In this document: one piece after another, positions 46,690 to 59,900 of the stretch | Numbering within the stretch: position 1 is the stretch's first letter | How the letters are laid out: each line of letters starts with the position of its first letter | Source: Eledone cirrhosa | Lineage: Eukaryota | Assembly (NCBI GenBank): GCA_964016885.1 | Contig: OZ024742.1 | Coordinates: 297,414,001-297,478,000, forward strand | Direction: 5' to 3' | Length of the DNA: 64,000 nt | Notes under the pieces: generated by a model | The model's input: the letters and a program-made list of their open reading frames with translations, nothing else | Told to the model about the DNA's origin: nothing | Databases searched by the model: none | Program-made: the position numbers and the translations under genes

Positions 46690-48760
46690 TTCACTAGAAC
46701 TGTAGACATTGCCGGGTTTACTTTGAAGCATTTTGATTTCATATTTTGTTTCTGTCTCTGGGACTTCTACTTTACTTCTCCAGTTTTAGATCTTCAGCTA
46801 AGAATTGTCATGGGCATCCAGTCATGAATATCTGTGTTGTGTACTAGAGGCCTATATTAAACAGGAGGGGCTGAGAACCAATCCTTGGTGGATTATCCCT
46901 CACTTGCTAAATTCATTGCTGTACTCATTATTAACCCACAACGGGTGGTGGATTGGCAGTATTGGTAGAGGGCTGGACGCCATGCTTTGCAGCAAAGAGT
47001 TACAGCCCTTTATGGTCTGAGTTCATATCCGCCGAGGTTAACTTTGCCTTTCATCCTTACGGGGTCGATAAAATAAAGTACCAGTAATACACTGGTATAA
47101 TTGCTGGCCTTGTGCCAAAAGTAGAAACAATTATTATCCCACAACTTGCTGACTGCACTCCTGCACATGGCTTGTACAGCTTTCACAAGCTATTCATCTA
47201 TCCCCAACTTCCTGAGTGTCCACCAAATTACAGAGCATGGCTTTCTATTAAAGGCATTTTCCATGTCAATGAATGCTAAATATAGGGACTTATTCTTAGT
47301 TAAATACTTCTCCATCATTTATCTCACTAGGAGGATAACATCAGTTGTGCTTGTCCTTGGCATAATGCCAAACTGCATCTCATCAAGATAAATTCTAACC
47401 TTAATCAACTTTACTATCACTCTTTCTGTAACCTTCATAACCTGATCTAACAAATTGATGTCTCTGTAATTGCCTCTCTCTAATACATCTCATTTACACT
47501 TGTAACAATTGTCAATAATGCTATTACACCAATCATTGGGTATGACATCTTTCTACACTGCCTGGTTTATTATGCATGTGACTAGCTTGTGTATTGCTAC
47601 GCCAGATCATGTAACCACCTCTGCGACAATCCCTGAATGTCCAACTGCTTTCCCCACCTTCATTTTCTTAAACATCTTTTCTAACATACTGCTGTTAAAT
47701 GTTATGGCTGGTCACTCAGTATGGTTTACTTGGAATAGACCCTTATTCTCCCATGCATTCTCATCATTCAACAACCCTTCATATTAACACTTCCATGGTC
47801 CTTCTTTACTGTGTTAGTAAAGGTAAGTGAGTCACTGTTGTTTTATACACACTTATCTCTCATGATGCCCTAGTTCTCTCTTGTAAAACTGAATTGCAAT
47901 CTGGAACACTTCACACCTCTGATTCTAACGCCACATAACATTAGCAAATCGCTTACTTATTGCATCTCCTCTTCCTAAATAAGACTGATACAAAGTCTCT
48001 CTTCTCACTACTTGATATTGTTCTCTGCTTCCCCTAATCTCAAGACTTTTTCAAGCTTGTCTCTTAATACTTATGGCCCAATATACAATACTGTTCCCCA
48101 TCATATCACATTCCATCGAGCTGGTACCTTCCCCATCCATACCTTCCCCACTTATAGCCCTCAGTAATAGCCTCCATTTGTTCTCTAACATCATTTATCA
48201 TTTGTAATCTGTAGGAGAATGTCATAAACATGATCATTCTGCAAGTCCAGCTTGTGAGTGCATACACAAAAAAATGTGGCAATTGTATTAACCACGACTA
48301 GTCTAAGCTTAGGTATCCTATTATACATTCTGACTACCTGAATTACAATTTTGCAGGCAATAGTTAGCCTAATTTTCCTATGCTGTCCTTTTTACCTACC
48401 CAGAAGAACTCTTAACTGTGTCCTTTGCCTGAGAGGTGACTACCTCAAGGACTCCTCCATCTTAAGCCTTACATATAACATATATCCACACATCTCTTTT
48501 CAAGTAACTCTACAATTTCTTGATGTTAACCCTTCGTTAGGAGGATTCAGAGATGTGGGCTTGGGGGATTTCTGTACTTGACAGAGGGTGCCTGTGCAAT
48601 TGCTTGCTTATAGGTATTGACCTCTTACTCATGGTCAGATATTTTCATGGTAGGACGACTGATGCCACCAAACCATTTAAAACCCAATCATCCAAGACAT
48701 GTGTAAATAGTAAGATGGGGGTTACAGAGAGTAGTGAAAAAAAATACGCCACTAGTAGCT
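46690..48760 (-). pseudogene. Decayed, internally deleted RTE LINE C of the same family as A and B
   Basis: Collinear degenerate matches to LINE B (e.g. ACATGGCTTGTACAGCTTTCACAAGC, CCAAACTGCATCTC, TCCCATGCATTCTCATCATT); no long minus-strand ORF; interrupted by a SINE. Confidence 0.8.
46943..47129 (+). mobile_element. SINE family 1 inserted in LINE C
   Basis: Complete SINE with 16-bp TSD ATTATTA(A/T)CCCACAAC at 46927-46942 and 47130-47145. Confidence 0.92.
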
Positions 48761-48861
48761 AGTGAAGGGAGCCAATCACAGAGTAGACTAGATTTATCTT
48801 CATGAAGAGGAGATGGTGTGGGTGAGAGAAATGGGATGGCTGGTGTCATTTCAACATAATC

Positions 48862-49042
48862 GTCTCTACTTTAGGCACAAGGCCAGCAATTACCCAGTGC
48901 ATTACTGGTACTTTATTTTATCGCCCCCGTAAGGATGAAAGGCAAAGTCAACCTCAGCGGGATTTGAACTCAGATCGTAAAGGGACGTAACTATGCTGGA
49001 AAGTATGGCGTCCGACCCTCTACTGATACTGCCAATCCACCG
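48862..49042 (-). mobile_element. SINE family 1 (short form)
   Basis: Near-identical to the reverse complement of 46943-47129. Confidence 0.9.
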
Positions 49043-49540
49043 ATAATGAAATCTGATCTTCTGTCCCAGTCAAGTTATTAAAATCTTAGCATTAAGTAAT
49101 ATATTATTGTATTACTTAACTAATATATTATTGTATTTAAATCTTAATGTCATAACCATAACAATAACTATAATATTCATTAGTTTCTACATAGATAAGT
49201 ATTTTAAATTCTTCTTCTTCTTCTTCTTCTTCTTCTTCTTCACATGCATATGTCTGTTTGTGTATGCATAAAACTGATTCTTACACAGTTTTTATCTGCC
49301 AAATTTCATCTACAAGACTTTTATTCAAAATTGTAGATGGTGGAATTGAACTGGGAGAGATTTGGATACAAAGCAAACTTCATAATCACACAGCTATGGC
49401 TTCTCCTATTTCATCAGACATGAAATTACAATAAGTTGTTTTCTATGAGCTACAAAACAATATTTCTATATTATCATGTCTAGTTAATAAAGACTATACA
49501 ATGACAACAATGCCAATTTCCCATATTTTTAGTCATTAAT

Positions 49541-49722
49541 TGTTTCTACTTTTGGCACAAGGCCAGCAATTATCCCAGTGTATTACTGGTACTTTATTTT
49601 ATCGACCCTGTAAGGATGAAAGGCAAAGTTAACCTCGGCGGGATTTGAACTCAGACCATAAAGGGCCGTAAATCTTTGCTGCAAAGCATGGTGTCCGACC
49701 CTCTACCGATACTGCCAATCCA
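49541..49722 (-). mobile_element. SINE family 1 (short form)
   Basis: Full consensus match; TSD TCATTAAT at 49533-49540 and 49723-49730. Confidence 0.9.
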
Positions 49723-50259
49723 TCATTAATACTATAAAATTACCACTCTTGTGAAATAGGGCATACTTTATTTGATTAGATATTGAATGGTAGAGGAACA
49801 GATAGACAAATATTTCTATGTATATTCCTTAATAGATGTATACACTATATTGCTACATAATAACTTATCACATATAAAATAGTTCATGATACAGTTCTCA
49901 GCTGACATATATATTTAGTCTGTTGAGAGATATTTGATGAATGAACAAAGGAGAAGGCAACAAAAGGTAATTGCTTTGAATCTGTGAAAAATTATGTTCA
50001 TCTTTTATAATTAACCAAAAATTCATCTGCTGTTTTTATTTAAATGACTGAGCAGCTGTGTTTTGACTTTCTTTCTGAATAAGCTAGCTAATGAGTTTGG
50101 CAGTGAATCTTCTCTTATAGACAAAGAAACTAGACATTAGCATAATGGATGTTGCTGGCATCCATACATTCTAGAGTACAACAACAACTTGCATTTTATG
50201 GTCATCTTTCATAACAAGCTTTTCTATTTCTCCCGAACATCTACCTCTACTCTCACCAA

Positions 50260-50640
50260 CCCACTGACTTTCATTTTCTCCTCAATCATTTTTAACCATG
50301 ATTTTCTTGGCCTTGCCCTTCGTCTACCACATTCATTTCCGTCACTCTGCTCAGCCAGTCACTTTGCATCCTTCCGCAACAATTTATCAAACCATCTCAG
50401 TCTACTTATTTTCACATAATTTATCACTGGTTCTATTCTCCTTATCCTCTGCAATTCATTGTTTCTCATCTTTTCCTCTCAGTGATACTCCTCTCATCTA
50501 CCATACCATTCTTGCTCCATTCTTTCTAGCCTTCATTGCACTCCACGTTCATCACTCATAAATCCTTGTACTCCTCACACATGCAGCATATACTCTCTTC
50601 TTCATTAGCACATTACTTAGTTTCCAGAACTTCTTCTTGT
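50260..50640 (-). pseudogene. Highly decayed RTE-like C-terminal fragment (similar remnant on + at ~21400-21620)
   Basis: Minus-strand SRLRWFDK...GRRRARPRK resembles RLRWFGH...GRPR. Confidence 0.45.
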
Positions 50641-51255
50641 ACATCTTACATCTTAAAAAACACCTCTTTCACTCTAGAGTCTAACTATCAATTGAAATTA
50701 GTATGGAAGATTACTGGGGAATTGAATGAATGAAAAAAAAACAAGAAATTTTAAATAAACATCAACTCATTTGTATGGCTCTCTTGATTTTAGGTGTTGG
50801 TTTCTGATTAAGTTTTTAAGTTCTTACAACTACAACTACTGCTACTGCTGCTGATGTTGATGATGGTGGTGGCGATGGTGATGATGATGATGATAATGAC
50901 ACTATAGCTTTTGAAAATGTTTTATCTGACAATCAATGAATTCACTGTATTTTGTGCTTAAGAAATAAGTCTAGATAAAATGTGAAGGCTTTGGAAGAAT
51001 AATACTAGAGATATGAGAATAGCCAAAGAGTTGTTGCTTTGTAGTTGAATTTGTGCAGGAGGCCTTATATCTTCACAAATATCTTTATTTCAAATATTTT
51101 ATAGATAAGAAGTGAGTGAAAAGAAAATATTGTGTGTATTCTATGATATGGGATGTTTTCATCTCTTAAATTGTTTTTCTCTTGCATATGCCATAGTTAA
51201 ATGAAATAAATCCATTTGCACTATACCTCTTGTTAATAACTTAGATATATATATA

Positions 51256-51760
51256 TGAGGCCTGTCAAAAAAGTAGCCAGTCTTAGACTGGGAAAAATAT
51301 ACCTATTTAGTGAGTTTCTATTGTTAGTTTCATTTAAAGTGAGCCCCTTGTGTCTCTACACACTTATCCCAGTGATCCTTTCACTGTTCAAAGGACAACT
51401 AGAATGCTTCCTCCTTAATCGTTCTCAGCTCTACCATCACAGTTCACATGATGTTCTCACATCTCGCAAAGCAGGTGTCCCCTTCAGTAATATCATCATT
51501 TTGGAGAACAACCGGAAGTGAGAAAGAACCATTTATGGAGAGTACAGAGTTTGGCAAATGAGTGAAATGCTTTTCTTTGCCAAGAAAACTTGGATCAGCA
51601 ACAACAAATGAGCTGGAGCATTTCATGATGCAGCTGCAAGTTTTGTGAAGCCTCAGATCTGGCCTCTTACTGTGAACAGCATCACAAAGATGTCAGATGA
51701 TTTCCTAATAATATTCCTTTGAAACTATCCTTTTGGTGTGTATCGATGATGCACAATGCC
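51256..51760 (-). pseudogene. mariner transposase C-terminal fossil with terminal repeat
   Basis: KEYY*EII*HLCDAVHSKRPDL...LHH(frameshift)NAPAH...IQVFLAK...YSP*M matches the mariner HDNAPAH and YSPDLAP motifs; TA followed by TIR-like TGAGGCCTGTCAAAAAAGTA at 51256. Confidence 0.8.
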
Positions 51761-51799
51761 TCTAAATTTATTAGAATTTGGGGATGTTGAATGTTACCA

Positions 51800-52385
51800 C
51801 AGTGATAACATTTTAGAGTATTCCATAAAGCAAACAAATCTGTGGCACATATTGCTAGCAGATGTGAGCAATTAGCAAAAAGATGTTATAAAATCCAACA
51901 TGATCTTATAGCAAAAAAAGGCCATTGTGAATTGTGAAAACAATTCACATCAAAACACAAAGTCAGTGGTACAAATATACACCTCTTGAATCCTGCCTAT
52001 CAGGTGAGGGAGAAGAGTTATTTTGGGAATTTGAGATCAAGACCACAAACAAAATCCTACATAATTGCCCTGATATTGTTATAAAAACAAATAACACCCC
52101 CGAAATGGACTTTAATTGATATTGCAGTCCCTCAGGACTACAACGTGGCTGAAAAGGAAATGGAAAATATCAATAAGATACACAGCCCTTGCAGGCACTA
52201 TTAGAACTGAGCTACATGTAGAGACAGGTATCATGCCAATTATCATTTGGGAGTTAGGCATGGTCCCTAAACACCTTATGTCTTTCATCAAAAGCCTTGG
52301 GATCCCCAATTTTATAGGCAGTGCACTAATTTCTACCATCACTTAGACTGCCACATTCCTGCACAATATATTGCGCCTCTGAGAT
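51800..52385 (+). pseudogene. R4/Dong-like non-LTR retrotransposon 3' fossil (CCHC knuckle + restriction-like endonuclease)
   Basis: SVAHIASRCEQLAKRCYKIQHDLIA; ELFWEFEIKT..ILHNCPDIVI; LIDIAVPQDYNVAEKEME; RYTALA...MPIIIWELG, matching HI.S.C..LA..Y..RHD, RPDIV and IDIAVP.D...KE..K of RLE elements; contains frameshifts. Confidence 0.8.
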
Positions 52386-55300
52386 GAGGGAGTGGAATGA
52401 GACCAATTAACACATTTCACCTAGAAACCGATTGCTAGAGAAACTTAACAAAATATATTATTACATATGTGAGTGTCTGTATATTATGCATGCATACCCA
52501 TACATATAATCTGATGTTCTTTATCTCAAAGATATTCAATTATTTCATTGATATTTTAAAGAGATAAAAGATTACTATAAAGATGTCTTCTATATTTTTA
52601 ATTTTGATCCAAAATATACATTTTTCAGATCCTAATCAGTGACTTTATCTTTTTATATCATCATATAAAAACTTAATTACTTCATTATGCTATAGGTTCT
52701 TTGTTTTCAATTGTTGTTTCAGACAATTATATGCAATTTCTCTTTTAGGTTTAGTACTTAGTACTTCAAGACATACCTTCATATGTCAAATTATTTCCCA
52801 AGTTATGATATTGAATATAACAAGTAGGAGTTAGAATTGTTGACCCCACAATAGACTTCGTACTCATCATGGGGTCATTTTGAAGGCAATGTTTTCAGTT
52901 GGATATCCTTCCTGCTACTAATTCTTATGGCTGCCTTTTAAGACATGCAGTTATACAGTGTACATATTTAAATCAGATACAGAAATACATGATATTAAAT
53001 GTTGCTTTATTTTAAAAAAATGCTTAACTTTCAATATTACTAAAAGATACTGATGTGACCTTATAAACATTTTTTTTTCTGACGAGTAAGTTCTTATTCT
53101 CTTTTATAGAAAATATATAAAAATTACACATTGTTGTAACAATATTTATTTCAGCTGAAAGTTGTAAAGAACTATATCTTAGTATAATAATTACAAGTAT
53201 GACTATTTTGTTCCTATAGCTATTTAAATTGCAAAGAAAATATACATATGTTGGTAAGATAAAAAGCTAAGTTTTACTCTGGGAAGATGAAAAGAAAGTG
53301 ATATGGAAGTCTTATTAGATATTAATCAGAATGTCCTTTGAAAGAAACCTAATTTTTTTAGCATAGTAGAAAATTAAGCTATAATGCAAGCAGTGATTTA
53401 AAAAATATGGTGTCTAGGTATTTGAGTTTTCTCTCTCAGAATATGTATACAGAGATAAATAAAAGAGTCCAAGGAGACTGGTGGAGGCATACATCAGAAA
53501 ATAATTACATTTGTTGATATAAAAGTAAATTTATTTGAGTTAGTATGCGATTGTGAGAGGAAGTTACTGACATTTCAAACAAAAGTTCTTCGAGGAAGGA
53601 GAAAAGTTTTGATATATTTTTTTTCTGAATAAGAGACAGGGGGCTAGTGTATCAGCAACTTTATCACCAAAATATGTTAAAGTAACACTGAAGTTAACGT
53701 CTATATTATAAAGCTAACAATGAGAATCAAAAATGTTAAATGGTTACTCTGGCTTTGCATGCTATGATACTGGAGATGCCTTGAGCAAGCAACATTGTTT
53801 ATTTAGACATTCTATTGATCCAATATAACAACCAAATTCTCTCAGAAAGCTCACTTCTATAATTAGTATGGGACAGCACTCCTATGTTAAAGACCAAGTA
53901 GTCATTCAGTACATTGATTTAACCCTTTCATGTCTATATTTCTATTGAAATACACTCAATTTCAATTAATTGATAAAAGCAATATTTTTATTAAAATATA
54001 CTTAAATTAGAATTTTAAAGATTTTACTATCATTTTAGATTGATTTGAAAGGTTGTTTAGAGATCTGGTTATATATCTAAATATAGTTGCTTTATAATCT
54101 TTATATATACAGTTAAGCACAACCATTTTAATTTTGACTTGTCCTTGAAGCCCTTGCAATACAATTTGGCCTTTGTTTCTATGGAATCTTCTATATGCAT
54201 AACATAGGATTCTCATTAGATAATATATTCAACACTTCAACCTCTCAGGCTTTAGAATTGATTTATACATATTAATATTATGTTGCAAATCTCCTTTCAT
54301 ATATTTCAAATTCTTTTCTTATTCTGTTTTCCCCCAGCTATATTTTCTGTTTCATCTTTTTCCATATATTATGAATTATCCCTGCCTCCTTTCTGATGCT
54401 TAATAATATACATTGTGTTAAATGTTTATTCTGTGGAGGAATAGAACACAAAGTATTTTGAAATAAATTCCTCTCTCAAGAATAATATTAGTGGTATCAT
54501 AAAACACATTCTAACTTTTCTGTAAAAAGGTTGGTAACAAGGAGGGCATCCATCTATAGGCATCATGTCAAACAAAGGATGAAGAGTACTCTTTGGTTGT
54601 GTCAAAGGTTTGAAAACCTCTCTAGTGCTGTATGAAATGCACCCAGTACATACTGTAAAGGGTGGGAACTTCTGTAAGCGGGGTGCAGTCCCACGTACTT
54701 CTGAGAGGTCAGTAGTGACTTAGTGTGTGATGAGCCATCTATGTCTTGCTATCAGGGAAAATGGATTTTAAATGATGATGATGAAGTGTAGCTGCTTCAA
54801 AATATAATTATTATGAAAACCTCTTGAGGTCTAATACCATGATAAATACACTTCCAGCAAGTACGGGTTTCCACACATTGGTTAACTACTACTGCACACC
54901 AGTACTTCCAAGTGTATGCATATACATATTACATCAAACACACAGACACAATAAACTAGCTATTAAATCTTCAAACAAGCCTCTTTTGATATTTTGCACC
55001 TTAACCTTTAAATCCAGCAAAGAACTTAGCAGTGGAGACTTCTGGTGTCCTTGGCCCTTGGACCATCTCCCTACTCACCACCATTGGCACAGAGTTACCT
55101 ACATGCAGGTGTGAGCTTTGCTAGCTGGAATGGCTATTCCAGTGTGTCTCCATCACCATCCTCCAGGGAAACATCTTCTCTATTCTGCCTGCTGGGGTCA
55201 TGGAGTGGCCAGCCTGTGGGTCCCCATTTGCTTATAATAGTAAGAGATGGGGAGAGTGGGAGGGACAGAGGTAGTGACAGTGGGATTTTGGTTCCATTAT

Positions 55301-56409
55301 GTTCAGACCTGGTGTATATGTATATATTTATTTACCACACCACAATACAGACAGTCTTAATAAATGTTGTTCAAATAAACTATATTTGAAACCAATGACA
55401 AGCTCCATTCCTAAGAGTTCTATGTAGCCATTTCTAAACTCAGAGGTTGTACACATACTTTAGAGCATCTATTTTATGTAAATGCTTTCACATCAGTTAT
55501 TTCTAAATTAAGAGGAGTTACACAACATCTTCACATTAGGAATATGACAATAAGCAGTCCTTATAAATGTTTACATATGGTAACTCAATTAACGCATACA
55601 TGCAAAATGTAATTATTGACTATGAACTCTATGGCATGAATCTAATGCTAATGAAAACTTATCTTCCCTTATATTTTAAACATTTCTTCTGGTGTTCTTA
55701 CAATATTAATTCACATGGAATCATCATATTTCATTGTTATTATGTTAAATGTAATTCTGTCTACTTTCATTACATGCTCCTGTTAATTCAGTGGAGCTAA
55801 TTGCCTAGCTAATATAATTACTTTTGTCATCATCATCATCATCATCGTCCTTTAAGGTTTGTTTTCCTTGCTAGCAAAACAATCTTGTATAGCTATTCAC
55901 AAAATGAATCATTAAACACTCAACATATTTGTATTTCAGCTGAATTAGAAACTATATCAACTATCTTATTCTGTAACAGATGACATGTATTTCATTGTTT
56001 TTAGGTTGATATGCTTACAATATATTTTGGTTGATTTTTACGGAATATTCTTAATTTTTCTGTGAATATTCAGCAACATGGCTGAATGGCTAAAAATGTT
56101 GCTTGACAATCATAATGTTCCAGGTTTTGTTCCTCATTGGGTAGATGGAAACTGGAAGCACATTGGTGGAACTGTATTTGCCCTTCAAAGTACCAGCCTT
56201 ATCACACTGCATCACAGTAAATCTCTGTACTCTATATTTATATTCCTCTATATTTACTATTGTATTTTCACAGTAAAGGCTTTATCTTACATAATTATCT
56301 CACATAATATGGAATCTATGAAATTTTGATGTTACTTATTTTGAGAACAATACCTTAACAACAGTGTGAGTGGCCAGTTACAGCCAGTTTGAACAGAACA
56401 AGGTGATAG

Positions 56410-56451
56410 AATTCTGGCCAGATATGGCCGGTTTAAATGCTAAAGGGTTAA
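56410..56451. mobile_element. piggyBac-like MITE terminus
   Basis: GGCCAGATATGGCCGGTTTAAATGCTAAAGGG|TTAA, a CCC-type TIR followed by TTAA. Confidence 0.5.
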
Positions 56452-57836
56452 TGGTACAAATATCTGGGGAATGTTCAGTCACTTAGACATTTATCTAACA
56501 AGTATGCCATTCACTTGATCAAACAACCGAAAGACTTCTCATCAAATCCAATGGAGATCTATTTTTATCCTTGCAAATGAATCAGGTGGCTTTGCTTGAG
56601 TATGTAGAAGCAACATTATCATGAATATGAGAGTAAATTCAGCAACTGCTCAGTGCTCAAATATTTTATGCTATTGAAGAGAATGTTTTAACTGTACCAT
56701 ATATGAGATCACCATAAGAGATCATCAGTGACTCTGAAATTTAACATTTATAGGGACTTGGAGGAATTAGTTTTGTGTTGTGTTAAAACTAAAAAATAAG
56801 TAGAGCCCCCCCCCCCCCCTGTCATAATATCCATGGGTTTTGCAAAAGAAAGTTTCCCCTCCAAAGTACATGTCCAGGCAAGGCACAACGAATGATGTCA
56901 AAAGGAAAGGTAACTGCCAATACAGTTCGGCACTAGTAATGTAGCAACTCACTTCTACAACTGAGTAAACTGGAGGAATGTTAAATAAAATGTCTTGCTC
57001 AAGGACACATTGCATTGCCTGAACTGCAAATCAAACTCACAACGTCTTGATTGTGAATCCAGTGCTCTAACCATTAAGATTGTGTCATTATGCTGTTGAA
57101 AGAGACAAGCTAATTAGGCAGGCCTATGTTTCTAAAGGCAATGAAGGTTTGATGTGAGGTATCTAACTTGGATATGGATTGCACCTGTGCATGAAAGGTT
57201 TAAAATGAGTGACAAGTATCATCAGCATAGAAATGTGTTGTGTTAGAGGTGATAGCAAGTAGATTGTTAATGTACAGAGGTGTATGACAAAACCTTGAGA
57301 GCATTCGAGTTGATAACCACAGAGACCCTGATCAGTCCACATGGCAATGATGGAGTGATCCCCATACAGTGTTAACAAAATATATATATATACTGAATAC
57401 TTCCCATCCATTTCTACTGCTTTGTTTGGAATTATTAATTGGAAAAAAATCAAAGTTATCAGCATTTTTTAAGAACACAGATGGTTGAACACTTTTATAT
57501 TCTAAAGACAATACTTTCAGAAATGAATACATTTACTTGTTTAGTTAAAATTGGATCAAACTCAAAAGCACATTACAATTATAACATTAGACACATCAAA
57601 TATTGTCTGTTATGGAACACTTTTGATACCAAACCGTTTGAAACTGATCCTTGTTCTATGAGGCAAAACTATAATTTAAAGTGTTTATTTTTATCTAAAA
57701 ATGTGCCATCATAATTTGATATAAGAACATTTGTGCTTCAAATACCAGAAAGGTAATTATTTTACAAAATTCTTTCAAATTCTTGAAATTTTTCAAAATT
57801 ATTTGAAAGTTATAGGCAATATATTTTATTAGACAT

Positions 57837-58325
57837 ACTAGCAGAAAAACCACCCATCGTGTGGTTTTCTGCTAGCATGTGAAGTGTGCATATTGATATT
57901 ATACGCAAGTATATATGCATGTAGATATGGTACATCAAATAAAATCGTAGTTGACAATATACACAGAAATTGAATGAAGACTGTGTTACACTGTCTTATG
58001 TAATCAGTAACGTAATCCATGATACATTAGAAAAAAGACGATATTATATATAAACTGGATTAGGAGAAAATTAGTGATGGACGTATATGAATGTTTATTT
58101 AAGCGATCGCTAACCGGAAGTGTTGACATTTGAAAATTTTAAAGAAGTGAATCTTAAAATAAGCAACAAAATTATTTATATTTAATCAAGAGTAACGAAA
58201 TTTAGTAGATAAATTATGTAATATTCATTCATTATTTATTCAAAGTAATCCAACTTATTTTACAAACGGGCTAAAAAAATATTCTGGACGCAGTCCCGCA
58301 CTCATTACTTTATTGTAGTTTAGAT
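57837..58325 (-). mobile_element. Possible non-autonomous Helitron-like element with terminal hairpin
   Basis: Starts A|CTAG with a 15-bp stem-loop (57838-57875) and ends TTTAGA|T; the interior is richer in CpG than the flanks. Confidence 0.35.
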
Positions 58326-59689
58326 AGTAACAAAATGGTAAGGTAAAATGTTATTTCTCTAAATACTTTCTATCATAATTTTATGTAGGAACCTTCAATG
58401 CTACAATGACCAGCTTAATAATGAAAAAGTTAGTAATATTATTAAATCCCCCAACTTCTTCATAATGTTCAAAATTAAATGAAAATTATAGGCAGTGAAT
58501 TTCATTAGAAATAATGGCAACAAAGGAGTTTAAAATGTCATAGGTAATAAGTAGAGAAAAATGAAAGAATAATTTAAATATGGTGCAACAACTGCATGAT
58601 ATACGAAGAAAAACAGGTTTTATCTAAGATTTCTTTATTCTGTGTAATCAGATAAGAAAGAGCAGTGCTCATGACACGTTTTAGAGCTTCTGAGACTGGT
58701 GTAAATTAGGAAGGATGATATGTTCAAACCTGAGTCCTGGGCTGAATGTTTACAATAGTGTAGACCTTGTAAAAGTTATTCAGAGGGAGGATAAGGTGGT
58801 GGTATTAAACTGGTTGATGGGATAAGTCTGCCTTCCAAGTAGGCAACAGTAGGATTTGGACACAGACCACAAAAATCCAGAACAAATACTGTAGGCTAGT
58901 TTTGTCTGATACTTTAATAATTCTAACAATCCACTGTCCTCAACTGGTACTTTATTTTACAGATCTGAAAGGATCAAAGGCAAAATTTAACTTGGTGGGA
59001 TTTGAACTCAGAGCAAAGAGAAACAGAAGAGATGCTACAATTAGCCCTACATTTGAATGGCTTTGCATATTTCCCACATTTTAGATATTTAAAATAGTTT
59101 CAGTAAAATTTCAAATTTTAGTTTGATATTTTTTCCCTTCTCATTATTATTACAAAGTCAGTATATATGTTATCTTCAAAAGAAATCAACATAGAAGATT
59201 TTCCTATACATAAATAAAAAACAATGAATTATATTACCAAAATAATTGACTTATGAATTTAAACAAAAAATTAATCAATTAGGAGCTGAAGGCAAAACGG
59301 TACCATATTTAAATAATTAGATATGAGGTTACTTGGATTGTCCTCACTACATTCTGCGGGATTTTCTTTGAAGTATAATATTTCTATAGAATCCTAAGAA
59401 ATCATGAAAATGACAGTGAAATTGAAAATCAATTTCTGATTAAGAAAATCTCATAATACACGGACTTTCTTATTGATGTGCAATGGTCTTGAATTATAGT
59501 CTCATAGAATCAATGTGCTGAAACTTTCTGCCTCGAGTTAAGTAAATCTGTGAAGATTTTATCAGGTTAATTTTATAATGGTGGACATTTTCTTAAGAAT
59601 TTTGCTTTTTCATTTCCTTGATGTTTAAATATCTCAACTTCTAGAACAATTTTAGATAATAATAATAACAACAATGACAACAATAATAA

Positions 59690-59900
59690 TGGTTTCTGAT
59701 TTAGGCACAAGACCAGCAATATTGGAGGAGGGGTAGTCCATTAAATCAACCCAGTGCATGACTGGTATTTACTTTATTGATCCCGTAAGGATGAATAGCA
59801 AAGCTAACCCCACTGGGATTTGAAATCAGAACGTAAAGGGCTATAAATATGTCATTAAGCAGGGTGTCCGACGCTCTACCAATACTACCAATCCACTGCC
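59690..59900 (-). mobile_element. SINE family 1 (long form); further decayed copies at ~20680-20810, 24730-24930, 41970-42100, 58940-59010
   Basis: Matches the reverse complement of 6597-6812, including the extra segment. Confidence 0.85.
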
